Shown here piece by piece: positions 14,389-26,213 of a DNA stretch of 56,228 bases. Position numbers and translations under genes: made by a program. The stretch spans positions 1-56,228 of the forward strand of contig ADNK01001093.1 in NCBI GenBank assembly GCA_000320545.1. The letters are read 5' to 3'. Each line of letters opens with the position of its first letter. The stretch's first letter is position 1. The DNA comes from Bigelowiella natans CCMP2755. Lineage: Eukaryota; Protista; Cercozoa. Under the pieces are notes generated by a model. That model ran no database searches and was not told the origin of the DNA. It saw nothing but the letters and a program-made list of their open reading frames with translations.

Positions 14389-14728
14389 CAAGTAGTTCAT
14401 CAGCAAGCAAACATGAAAGAAAACTCGAATCATGCCTGACTGCCACAGGGTGGTTCTGTGGAGGATATTCTTAAGGCTTTGTACGAGGCGAAGAGCGTCT
14501 TTGATTCATTCGAGGGTAATAATACATCCATGCCGACGTTACCTTCGAGCATGCGCGTAGCTGTCCATGATTGCTTTAAATATCCTTGCTCTGTTCTATG
14601 ATTCCTCTGTGTGACGTATGCCAACCAACACTTGTGTGTTTACATGATCGACCTACTCAGGCCTCATAGACGCTGTGGACGCGAAGGCAGATAGAATGGG
14701 TACCGCTGTGTCTGCTGCATCGCAGTAG
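8280..14728 (+). CDS. SH3-domain protein with low-complexity acidic/Ala-Thr linker and ~5 copies of an unrecognised C-terminal repeat
   Basis: ATG at 8280 (MSSAGAKALNYWKEMEKK). The spliced SH3 reads CVVKYDFSSVE-ETELSVKSGESVIILQISETGW-CLAQRSESEEEGWVPMDYLDRI (9220-9540). The last exon is GLIDAVDAKADRMGTAVSAASQ* (TAG 14726-14728). Confidence 0.85.
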
Positions 14729-15064
14729 ATAATCCAATGCTGCAGTGCCACATTTTTCCGGCCGTGCATGCACTATTTAGAAAATGAATATATTTTCGCA
14801 GCGCTAACGTTACACACGTATCTATCTACCCGCAATCCATATTTGGTCGCGGCACAATTTCCGAATACTCACATAAGCAACGCTGCAATAGCTGTTATAT
14901 ATTCGCGATGGCAGGGGCGCATACGCTCCATGAGGACTGCGATTGATTTCGCTAGCGCGTACGTTTCATCCATTCGGTTGCTATTTCAATGTGTCTTATA
15001 CATCTGCTGCGGCAAGTGTTTGACCTATCTTCAGTAAAACAGAGTACACACGTTAACACGCGCT

Positions 15065-15195
15065 TTACAGATGTACAGATTCAACATTAGCGCTGTACCC
15101 GCTGCATTGCACAGCTACGTACATGAGGATGACCATTGAACAAATTAATTTAATTGATATAATTCGTCTTACAGATGTACGTATATAGCGCTTGT
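15065..15195 (+). repeat. Short dispersed repeat, copy 1 (~105 bp unit, partial tandem)
   Basis: The core agcgctgtacccgctgcattgcacagctac...aggatgaccattgaa matches 38939-38986. ttacagatgtac is directly repeated on both sides of the core. Confidence 0.75.
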
Positions 15196-15619
15196 TACCT
15201 TGCGCTTACTAGTTTAGATAATTTATGTATGCGCGTGGCCACTTGCGAGACTACGACTGTCTAGCTTTATCTATGTGTGCACCGTGCCGTACGTACATCG
15301 CAGCTAGATCGAACATGTCTAGATGCACATGTTCATGATAACAATACATCGTATAATGATAAGACCAAAATGTACATGTAAACATAAAATTTCTCGCGTA
15401 ACCGCTCAAGCCACGCATGAACGCACCATGCAGCATGTATGAAGATGAAATAATATGCTTTGGCTCAAGGTTAACAATACACGCCGCACAGCTAATAGGC
15501 GCAGAAATACAGAATGGACGATCTCAAGCACACCCATCTGGCATAAGTCTTCAGGGCGCACATGCCTAGATGCATTCCGAGGTAGGTAGGAGCCAGAAGG
15601 AATGTTTGTTCAAGACTCG

Positions 15620-17302
15620 TCAGAATCCGAGGTCTTTCAGCCTCTCAACTTGATTCTTATCCACCGCGAAATCCTCTGCCTGTCCTCTCTCTGCTCCGCC
15701 ATTACCTTCCTCATCACTTCCCTCTGGAGAATTGTTATCTCCTCCCTGACCCTTGCTTACTTCCTCCACTCCCATGACTTCAGGCACGTAATGCATCAGC
15801 ATATTCTGCACCCCGTTTTTCAAGGTCACCTGAAGCCAGTAGTCAAGTTTGCTAAAATCAAAGGAGGTATCTTTTGTATGCTGTGTGCTTGTGCGTGTTA
15901 TCGTGTGCGATGCACCGCCGATTTAGGTTGATAGATATAGGTTTGCTTGCACAGAAACTCATAAAAATGTTACCGAAGAGCTCGGGCATCCGACGCATGA
16001 GCCTTGAAGCTCGACTTTCACGATCCCGTTATCAAAGCCGCGATATGCAATGTCACCGCCATCCTGGAGAGGGGGTGGGGAGAGTGTAGTGGATCAGAGC
16101 ACGATGAGGGAAGAGAGGAAGAGTCAAATCCATTTCCTCTTCTTAGTGCTGCTGCTACTACTACTACTACCTCTTGCACTGTTGGTCTTATGCGAGACTC
16201 TAATAGATCCTTGATTAGTATTACTGTGCTGTCGTCTGTATCGAGTATTGCAGTCCCTGCATCGTTCGGCTGAGCGCCCAGAAGAACACAACACGACAAA
16301 TGGAGCAGCAAGATTAATGAGTCGGAAAAGAGTAGCGACAGCAAGATTGGAACGGTTGTTGTTGTTGTTGTTGTTTGCTGTATCTAGTTACCCTCGTGGC
16401 ACTCATGTCTTCAATAACAGGCTTGCCTTCATCGTAGAACTCACTGATTGACGAGAATACCTGCAAAACAGGAAAAGGGGGACAAAATATGTGCGTATTC
16501 ATGGATTCCGCAAACCAAATTCAATAGGATTTGCAGAAAATTATTGTACTAAAAGCACAGATGACCTCATGGCTGTGTATTGCAGGACAATTTCAATCGG
16601 TGAGTTGTAATGACTAGCTGACGTATTATCTATTGAGATTCTACTAGCGCACCTCGGCCTGAATCTCCGGCCACAAGTTCTCATCCGAAAGGGTCACGCT
16701 GATGATGATGGTGAATCATTTCTAAGCACAGCCTTTATCTTCAGCTAATTTATCATTGCATCATTGTTCCATACACGCGTGGCATGCTGGATCCCACCAA
16801 CCTTAGGAAGTCCTGGCCCAAGAAGACGCCTTCAACGCCTCTCAGTCGAAATACACTCCGAGCCAGGGGCGAAATTTTAGCCTGGGATGTGTAAATATAA
16901 GATCAGTGAAACGTCATATTCCATGTTAGCATAGAACCTCTTCCCTAGTTTGGAAATCCAGCGTGCCCTCCTCCATGACAGGCCTTCCAGGTATCAGCTT
17001 CTTGCTCTGCATGCATATCACACGGAATGACGCAACTTTAAAGCCAGATTCACCAATATCTCGTGCGATAGCTGACGTACAGACGCAATATCGTCTTTTA
17101 CCTTTGGATTCGGGGTCGGAGCGGTCTGGATGAAGAGTGATCGTCGGCACGTCGCCGTCACGGATCCTGGCCATTGACGCGCGAAGAAGGAAATGCGGCG
17201 ACCCAGGATTTCTCGTTGGCACTGCCAAACTCGAGACTGGAAGGATATTTTCCGAGAGAGGTTGAACCCCCCTCTCACGCGCTTCATCGCACAGCGTCTC
17301 AT
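15620..17302 (-). CDS. NFU1: Mitochondrial Fe-S cluster scaffold NFU1 (NifU-like)
   Basis: An Arg/Ser-rich presequence is followed by [111 protein letters not shown] (CxxC motif). Introns are GT-AG. Confidence 0.95.
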
Positions 17303-17480
17303 GACCTGCTATTGACGAACGCAGCTCAAGATGAGGTTGGCTAGTTGGGGCGAGGAGTGGTCGGGAAATCCCAAAACGCTGACCTCCTGGCCTGTTTTTG
17401 ATCGGGAAATTTCCCAAATATTTCCCATTTTTATCCTGCGTCAAGGAGGATTCATTGTCTTCACAATGAAATCGTGGATA

Positions 17481-18267
17481 TTTCCCGAACGAATGGATGC
17501 TGTCCAAATTTTGGATGAAATCCTGAAATCCCCAAATGCATCCCTCTCCCTCTGACCGCTCCTGTGGAACTGCTTCATTCATTCATTCGCTCATGGAGGA
17601 CGTGGATGAGTTGGCATCTGATGATCCTTTCGACTCAACCTTTCAAAATGCTTCATTCATCACGTCAACAGTGCAGCATGTTGTCTGTGCATCGTGTTGA
17701 ATGTCAAGTTGTCATCAATGTTTCACGTTTCGTCGTTTGTGCTGTCATGGCACCGAACTAGCGAGGGTGACAAGGAGGCGGGTGAGTTGGCACCCTGGCA
17801 TCTCCAGTGGTCCTTTCACTGCACCATTGGAATCACTGTTGTCAATATGTGTCCGACACATGCATTTTCGATTCTTTCACAGTGGAGTGGAAGAAAGAGA
17901 CGACGGGATGCGAACTTGCTTTTGGCGGGCAAGAATCATGCTTGCATGTGGAGGACGCGCGACGCGAGCTGGTTGTCCTTGCGTGGCCGTCTTGTGAGGC
18001 ACTTGGACAGGTTGGCACTGACAGCACGCTAGCACGCTAGCACGTCTGATGATCCTTTCGACTCAAGCATTGAAATCACGTTGTTCGTTCATTCATTCTA
18101 GCGCTCGATCTAGGCTGCATTTGTCGGCGTGGTCACGAGTTCCAGGACTAGCACAGCACAACAACTAGACAAGCCAAACCAACCTAGCTAGCAATGCCAG
18201 AATGAGCGCACACAAGTGAGCGGACTGAGCGCGCGCATGCAATGCTAGGATGCACGCGTGCACCATG
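17481..18267. repeat. TpA-depleted degenerate tract containing three decayed ~190-240 bp tandem units
   Basis: 11 TA in 787 bp, 10 in CTAG and one in ATAT (17846). An identical 22-mer tctgatgatcctttcgactcaa occurs at 17617 and 18045, with a degenerate copy near 17800. Confidence 0.8.
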
Positions 18268-18710
18268 TACGTAGCCGTGCTAGCGTGTGGCATTGCATGT
18301 GTAGCACACATGAGCTGGCGTGCGCCCCCACAGCCATTGGGCATGCAACATGTAGCTTCTAGGCTTGTGTGCACTTCTAGACATGTGTCCGCAAGACGAG
18401 GGTGCTCTTTATGCTTAGCTGCTGTCGACAGCTAGAAACTACACCCTGCTATTGTTTTCATGCAAGGAGAGGATGGATGAGAGAGAAATAATCGAACATG
18501 TGTATTTTAATGCATCATGACAATCATCTTTCATGCGATGGCTTCAATAAGCTCAATTGCAATTTTCTGAGCACACCTTCGATAAATTGCAAACGTTTGT
18601 CCCTAATACGGCTGCCTCGGAAAGCGCTGCAGTCTCTGTTCGCGAGGGAGTATGAGTCTAAAGAAAACACATGAAAATACGCACGCAAACGTAAAACTCA
18701 TCGAGTCTGA

Positions 18711-19982
18711 TCAGGCGACTGGCACCTCATGGGAACCATACAGAAAATATTCGTTAGACGAACCTGAAATGGATGGCCCTCCTGGTGGATTGATGCCAAC
18801 CGTAATGTTTTCATCATCGTGTTGGCTCCTGCTCTCCATTTTGCCAGATTCACAGCAAGGAAGGTCTTTGTGTTCTCTTTTGTTGTCCACTTTACCTTTA
18901 TTTTCAAATGGCTTCAGGTCTGTAGAAGAATATTTCCGAGCTAAATAGGAACAATTCAAATGGTCTTCTCTAGGATTTGAATCTTTCATTTCTCCATTAC
19001 ATTCCGGGTCTCTATTCTCAACATTGTCCTCCTTTACTTCTTCTCTCCCGCTACTTTGGATGCTGTTGCCATGATGCTTAAGGAGCTTTATGATGTTAAT
19101 CCATTTTCCCATATTTTGAGCTTCTTCTTTGGCTTTTGATTTTTTATCTAGAGCATGAAACATTGCCGTCTCACCTTTATTGTTCGCGATATTGAGATCA
19201 GCACCAGCCTCGATCAACATGCGTGCGGTTTCATCTTGGTCGTAATAAATAGCTAGGATCAGGGCAGTATCACCGTTGCTGTCTTGGCAGTTGAGAGTTT
19301 CGCTCGGCATATTTGCCAACTGATGAGTTGAAATAAACTGCCCCAGCCGATCCTTATTTTCAATCTTGGGTATCCCTTCATCAGGTGAAGCAAGTATGTG
19401 TAACGGAGTTTGGCCATCATTTCGTTGATGGCTCATGCTAACCTCCCTGTCGGCCCCCTTTCTCTTCAGACCCTCTTGTAACGCTCGGTGCACCATTTTA
19501 TAGTCATTCACGTAATCGATCTCCCCCCACTCTGTGGTTGCACCATTAGCCCACACATGCCAAAGGTTTTCCCCGTCTGAGTTAGTTTCCATCAGATTTG
19601 CGTTGTGGTCGATCAAATATGCAGTTGATTTGGGGAGACCGTTCCTCACACAGAAGTCAAGGATAGAATATATGTTTGGACCACTCCATTCGACCATGAC
19701 TTTTTCATTCGCATCAACTCTGTTGAGCTCAAGCAGCAACTTCATCCCATTGTCCATCGACTCTGTATTGTTGCACTTTAGAACTGTCTGCAGATTGTAC
19801 TCGGCTCCACACTCAATCAGACACTTCAAAGATTCCATGTCGTTATGCTTCAAGCAATACTCGGCCATGGTGCTCCCGTTGATTTTGGTGTTAGGATTTG
19901 CTCCGGCCTTTATAACATTCCGTATATTTTTGCTGTTCCCCTCGTACACGGCAACTTCTGAAAGAAAACGCATCGAAGTCAA
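18711..19982 (-). CDS. Ankyrin-repeat protein in one long open frame (a 5' exon may lie in 19986-20560)
   Basis: 423-codon ORF with NVIKAGANPNTKINGSTMAEYCL, QRNDGQTPLHILA and QDSNGDTALILAIYYDQDETARMLIEAGADLNIANNKGETAMFHA. Confidence 0.85.
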   Translation of the reverse strand: MTSMRFLSEVAVYEGNSKNIRNVIKAGANPNTKINGSTMAEYCLKHNDMESLKCLIECGAEYNLQTVLKCNNTESMDNGMKLLLELNRVDANEKVMVEWSGPNIYSILDFCVRNGLPKSTAYLIDHNANLMETNSDGENLWHVWANGATTEWGEIDYVNDYKMVHRALQEGLKRKGADREVSMSHQRNDGQTPLHILASPDEGIPKIENKDRLGQFISTHQLANMPSETLNCQDSNGDTALILAIYYDQDETARMLIEAGADLNIANNKGETAMFHALDKKSKAKEEAQNMGKWINIIKLLKHHGNSIQSSGREEVKEDNVENRDPECNGEMKDSNPREDHLNCSYLARKYSSTDLKPFENKGKVDNKREHKDLPCCESGKMESRSQHDDENITVGINPPGGPSISGSSNEYFLYGSHEVPVA

Positions 19983-20667
19983 CTATCAATAGCTAAATGA
20001 AGAGTGAAGAAAATGGCGGAAGGATTCCTTAGAACCTAAATTCCTATTCAATTTTTGTTTTGGCATAGTCAGGACAGTGAGCCAAGGGGGCTGGCGACGT
20101 TTGAGGTGCTGGCGGCTGTCGTTCCTTGCACCGACCAAACATGACTCCAACGACAATGTACGAGCCATGTCTCACCTTCTAAAATGCATTAGGTTCGAAC
20201 ACAAATATAAAGTTTTGCCAAAAAACATTGAATCAACGGCTATAAACAATATCGGAAAACCGGAGCGAATTCTTGTGACGTCGATACATGCAGGTACTTT
20301 TTTATTGGTTTTCCCCCAATGAAATCCTGGAACCTTGTCGCGAGGTTGTCATTCCCAGCGATATTCCTCTCCGCCAAAATTGGCCCAGCTCTGGGCATCC
20401 TTGGATAGTCATTTTGGATTTCATACGATTTACGATTCTCGTCCTGTGCAAAGCGACTGGCGTTGTCGCAGCAAGTAGTTTAACTGCCAGTTTCGAGCAG
20501 GAGTTCTCCTTCTCCGTCGAGGAGAATAAGATGTATTACGAAGTCGCAGGGTGAAAATGGCATCTCTTTTATTTTTAATTTTTTTTATGAAAAGTGTATT
20601 GTCAAGTTGTGCATAGCCTCTCCCTCGTACGACGTCGTCGGCATCACGCAGCCCACCTCTACATACT

Positions 20668-22347
20668 ATGTCTGCGCCTCAAACGACAAAACTCGGTGAG
20701 AGGGGGTGATTTTTTGGAGGCTTGATAAGTATCCTCTGAGGAATTTTCTGATTCAGAATCCAAGATTAACGTGGAGGCTGTGATCTTCGACTTGGACGGC
20801 ACGTTGCTTGATTATGAAGACGGTATTGTCACGACACAAAGGGATTCGAACTAGGCTCTCATCTGCAATGTTTAAACGTAATCAGCTTCTCGCGTTGTGT
20901 TGAACAAGATTGCGAATAAATTCGACAAGGAGGTTAATTGGAAACTGCACTCAAAACTCCTTGGAAGGTAGTTATATTACCTGATAAACTTCAGGATTGT
21001 GATACCTAAATTAAAAAATTTCATGGATCAGGAAGATGCATAATGTCGCAGAAATCTTGCTGCAGGAGCTAAACCTCGAAAAGGAATTCACACCCTCAAG
21101 CTTTGTGGACACGTAAGCAACTGCCGGAATGTACTTGTTCCTATTTTGTGGCCAAACTATTACTACACCCTCTGCAGATACTACAAGGAGATGGACAAGA
21201 TCTATGAAGACATTAAGCCTTTACGTACTAATAATCTAGAATACTATATATACGTCGGGAGATAGAATCGCTTGCCAACGTGTCAAAAAATCGCCGGTGC
21301 ATGTTGTGGACATACGGGCATGCTCTTAACGGCGGAAGGCGTATTCCAACTTCTCACTATACTGCTGCAATACAGCTGCCGTGAAGGAGACGATGCAGAA
21401 GCTGAAGGATCTCGGGGTTCCCATGGTCATTGCAACCTCTTCGTACACAGCCAGCTACACGAAGAAGATGAAGTTTCACAAGGACATCGAAAGCTTTGTC
21501 CTCCTCCATGTTTGCGGGGACGACTCCGAAGTCAAGCATGGCAAACCAGCACCAGATATCTTCCTCTGTGCAAAAAAAAGGTGGTGCGACGAGGAGGGGG
21601 AGGAATAGGAGGAGGAGAGGGGGAAGCAAGGAGTAGGAGGAGGATGAAGGATTGGTGCTGTGCTGTATTGAATGTCACGAGAAGTATACATTTTGATTTT
21701 TAATGTGTGCTGCTTTACTGACAAATCATAACAATAGCCACTATTCTCTTATGTATATCGAGAATTATTTCCATATGATGATGATACAATGAGAGGAATT
21801 CAGTATCAACCTCTCGTAACAGTTCCATAGCGAAAACGCCAGATGATTATGTTCAGCGACACAGTTCGCTCCGCCAAACAAGAATGATGCTTTGAATCGC
21901 TAGGACGACAAACTTCGCGGGCAGAATGAATGACTTTTTCTCGTGAAACTCTTTTCTTAATGCATATAAAAGATTGGAGCAGAAGATCGAGAAGAAGCTG
22001 GATCCTTCCAAATGCCTCGTCTTTGAAGACTCGCCTTTCGGGCTGCAGGGTGCTCACGCAGCAGGGATGATGGGGGTTGCACTTCCTGACAAGAGAATAG
22101 ACCATGAGGTACAGTTGAGGATGCAGTGAGATATCATGAGTAAAACCCTTTAACTTACGAAATTCTTGGTTGTAGTAACAGTAGTAAATGAGGAGTAGAA
22201 TAGTAATCTCACGACAGGCGCACTATCCATATTTATCAGATCGCAGGAACCGACTTCAGCAAAGCGGTCTTGGTGTGTGCAAATGGGATGAAGGACTTTC
22301 TCGACCAAATTGACATGGTCAACTTTGTCGCTCCGAAAAAGAAATAA
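20668..22347 (+). CDS. HAD-superfamily (class IA) phosphatase, HDHD1/pseudouridine-5'-phosphatase/GPP-like
   Basis: Motif I VEAVIFDLDGTLLDYE, motif II MVIATSS, motif III HGKPAPDIFL and motif IV CLVFEDSPFGLQGAHAAGM are all present. Stop TAA at 22345-22347. Confidence 0.92.
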
Positions 22348-23072
22348 CAAGGAATGTAGAACGGTAGTATAGGAGCAAAGGCTTTGAACAATGCATCATC
22401 TAGTCATCCGATCCATGTTTGGCAGCGGTCTGGCGGTGACATGTCGGTAAAAATAGCAAGGCATATTCTATTCGATTGCTACTTTTTAGCGTACCGTGCT
22501 ATGCCTCACATAGCAAACACAGGCTAACCTTAAGCCGTACACTCATTGATTTAAATAAGCATAAACAAAGAGATAGAACATTTCAGCTTTGCAATAGCTT
22601 ATTATAAGACGGATGCAATGCACAAGTTTATTTTTTTCAACGGTCATCCCAATGTACTTGTACTTAATAGATAACTTCCACGCTAGCAGCACTGCAGTTG
22701 CTGCTCCATGTGCGTATGGCGTCTATGCATGGTCAGCATCAGCAGTTGGATTGTTGCTTTATTAATTTCATCGGCCTATCGCTTGAATCGCCATTAATAT
22801 CTTAGCTCATTCGTCACACTTACGTTGGCATCTTGCTCAGCACATCACGTGTTCATCATGCAGACTACATTATTTTCCCACAACAATATGAAGTAGTATA
22901 ATACTAGAAAGCCATGACAGCCTCGCTACTTCTACTGCCAGTGCGCCCCTCAAGCACAGGATGCATGGACTTATGTACAATGACGCACACATATGTACAG
23001 AAAATGTAGAGTGATGTTTCCGGTGACACGTTTCGCACTCTCTCTGCCATCATCACTTTGTTCGATCCGCAC

Positions 23073-23148
23073 TTACTTTGTCGTCCTTCCGTACCTCTTG
23101 TCGTAATACGCTTGCTCTTTCTCCTGCTTCGAGCTGAATCGTTTTTCT

Positions 23149-23187
<39 letters not shown>

Positions 23188-23384
23188 TGGTTCTGGGTAT
23201 GGTTTCTGATGATGATTATGATGCAGAAAACGATGGTGCACGCAAAATTTAAGGCATGACATCGGAGTTTGTGGAAGTAGTTATTTGAAAGGCAAGAACA
23301 ACCAAAATCAATATGATGTTTGCTCTCTCATTTTGTGAGGCCTTAGCGCGTGTGTACATTCCCTTGTTCATCAGGAAGAGGAGC

Positions 23385-23423
<39 letters not shown>

Positions 23424-24162
23424 ACGTACGGAATCTTTGCCTATTGTCCTGTATTTTCTTGACGACCTCGTGCACAGGGCTGACACATGGGTGGGAGCTG
23501 CGAAATAATTTGCAAAAAGTGAAATGAGTGAGTGAGTAGTGCTACATCAGTTAAATAGCAACTCACTCGCTGCCGGGGTTGAAGAAAATGCCCATCTCCT
23601 TTGCAACCTGTAGGTAGGTAAGTAGGACGGTAGGAAGGAGGGAGGGGGGGGGTTTCGAAGGAAGAAGGGTTAGCGTCCCAGCCATCATCACTATTGCACA
23701 GAGCAGCAACAAGCCAACAGCAACCCGATATCGTTCTTCTTCCTCGTTGTTGTTTTCTTCGTCCTCGTCATCAACGTATCTGAGGAGGAGGACAAGAATG
23801 TTTATACTTATTTCATTGAGACCATGCACTCGCCGGGGAGTATCATTGAGAAATCTCTTCGGCGGATCCAGAGCAGCCCCCTCTCTTTTCTCCCCCCTCC
23901 CCTTCCCCAAATTCCAAGCGATATCTACTCGCATCAGTAGTAGTAGCAATAGTAGCAGTAGTAGCAATACCTAGACCCCCTTGCCACTGCACTTAGATTG
24001 AGAGCCTTGATATGCTCCCTGACAGAAATCAGTGTGATTGATTGATGACGGCTGGAGAAGGGGGGGGGGACAGAGCAGGCATGGACTACAACTAAAAGGG
24101 AGATATATCTGGCTGCTACTACTAGTCACTGCCTCTCCTACATCTCGATTAAGAAAAGTACG

Positions 24163-24193
<31 letters not shown>

Positions 24194-24412
24194 CAGCTGC
24201 TACTACAACTACCACCACCACCATTACTACTACTACTACTACTACCACCACTACTACTACTACCACCTGTCGATGCTCCAAGGAGCGTCTATTAGCACAT
24301 CTCCTACGTACTTGCAGCCCATCACCGAGAGCACTCTCTCGTGTAAATCCTGAACAGCGGTCGTGTGGTACATATTAGGAAAACAGCTCGCCTTTCTCTC
24401 TCGCTCTCGCTC

Positions 24413-24461
<49 letters not shown>

Positions 24462-24673
24462 CTCGCTCTCTCTCGCTCTCTCTTCTCCTTCTCTCCCAAC
24501 ATGCCCGCACACGCAAGCACATTTTACACAAACACAGAACGACAGATTCGTTTGCTCTGCTACCATGATAGGGAAGTTTCCGCGGGATTTTGAGTTTGAT
24601 GCGACAACATCGTCGTTGTGGACCTGCCCGAAGAACGGAGGGGGGGGGAGAGGGGGGGGAGAATGAGAAAAGG

Positions 24674-24731
<58 letters not shown>

Positions 24732-25372
24732 TGTGTGTGACAACAACCCCGACGATCAGATAGTCCCCTAGCTTCCTCGCCTTCTTCAGCAACTCGATGT
24801 GCCCTGACATCATGATGATGGGGGGGGTGGAGAGGGAGAGCGAATGCGAGAGGAGTGAGGAATGGGGCAGATGCAAACGAAGAAGAAGAAGAAGAAGAAG
24901 AAGAAGAAGGAGAAGGAGGACGAACAGATCGTTACTATTGTTATTATCTATCCTCCTATGGGTCTTGCACACATCGATCATCGCAAAATACGGTAAATGC
25001 TACTAAGGTTATCGAATTACTTGCATTCATCATGTCCCAGTCTCCATCGATGTACACAACCCTGTCATCAGGCTTAGGGTCGCGCATTCCGCCTCTACGG
25101 TGGGGGAAGAGGGGGGGGGTAAATGAAAAAAAGGTGATAGCAGTAGCTCAGTGCAAGCAAAACATCGAATTGCGGAGGAAAAGAACTTCTATAGCTGCTG
25201 CTACTACTGCTGATACTGCTGCTGGTGGTGGTGGTGGTGATGATAAATTAGTGAATTGTGGATTGATAGCGAAAGTGATAGCAGCGATGATGCTGATGCT
25301 AACATCACAAGGCAAATGCTGGTCTCGAAATCCAGCGTTGATGAAATGTTCTCCCTCCTCCCCCTCCTCCTC

Positions 25373-25403
<31 letters not shown>

Positions 25404-25579
25404 TCCTCGTCGTTGGTTCGTTCGTCTTTCTGCTGGCACTACCGACCTGAACTGGGATAAGATCGATGACGTCTTCAGGAATCGCGAAGACGGAGTCCTG
25501 CGTGATGATGATGATGTGTATTTATCGTGCAACGAATGAACGCACACACGCACACGCACACGCACACGCACACACACAC

Positions 25580-25622
<43 letters not shown>

Positions 25623-26177
25623 TCATTATGACAATGATGATGATGACGATGATGATGATGCTACGAAAGAAGGAAATATACCGCCAAAACCACAGCTTAT
25701 TCATGCATGGGGCGCAGTCACTACGGCACCGTGCGAGGGTCCTTGAGTTACACAGTAGCATTCTCCCAACGATATCAGTTGTAGATACCTGAGGGAGGAG
25801 GAGGAGGGCGGGGTGGACAAGGGCCGCAGTAGGAGAGGAGAAGGAAGAGGAGGGGCATATGAGGAAAGAGAATCTTGTGAGAACCATTATACTTCTACTA
25901 CAGCTTCTACTTAATGTACTGCAGTAGCTGTAGTAGCATGAATGCATGCATAGCAGTAGCAAGCGGTGATCTAGGTGAGCCTACCCCTTCAGTCCGAGGA
26001 ATGCTAAGATAACGCCCCATCTTCTTCACGTGCGCGTAGACGTCCTTTCCTGACGACGGCGGTGTGAGAGGAGATGGGGGTGGGGATGAGGGGGGAGGAT
26101 GTGACGCAGCAGCAGCAGCAGCGACGAAGGCATGAAACACAATGATGATAACGATAATGACGACGATGACGGTGATA

Positions 26178-26213
<36 letters not shown>

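Noticed and set aside
16926-17582. 218-aa minus-strand ORF
   Set aside because: Only its last ~25 codons are an NFU1 exon. The rest is an alternative frame over exon 1, the intron and TA-poor upstream DNA.
17600-18070. 22-bp direct repeats as a CRISPR array or snoRNA (TGATGA box C-like)
   Set aside because: Only two perfect copies 428 bp apart in a eukaryotic context, with no convincing box D/terminal stem arrangement.
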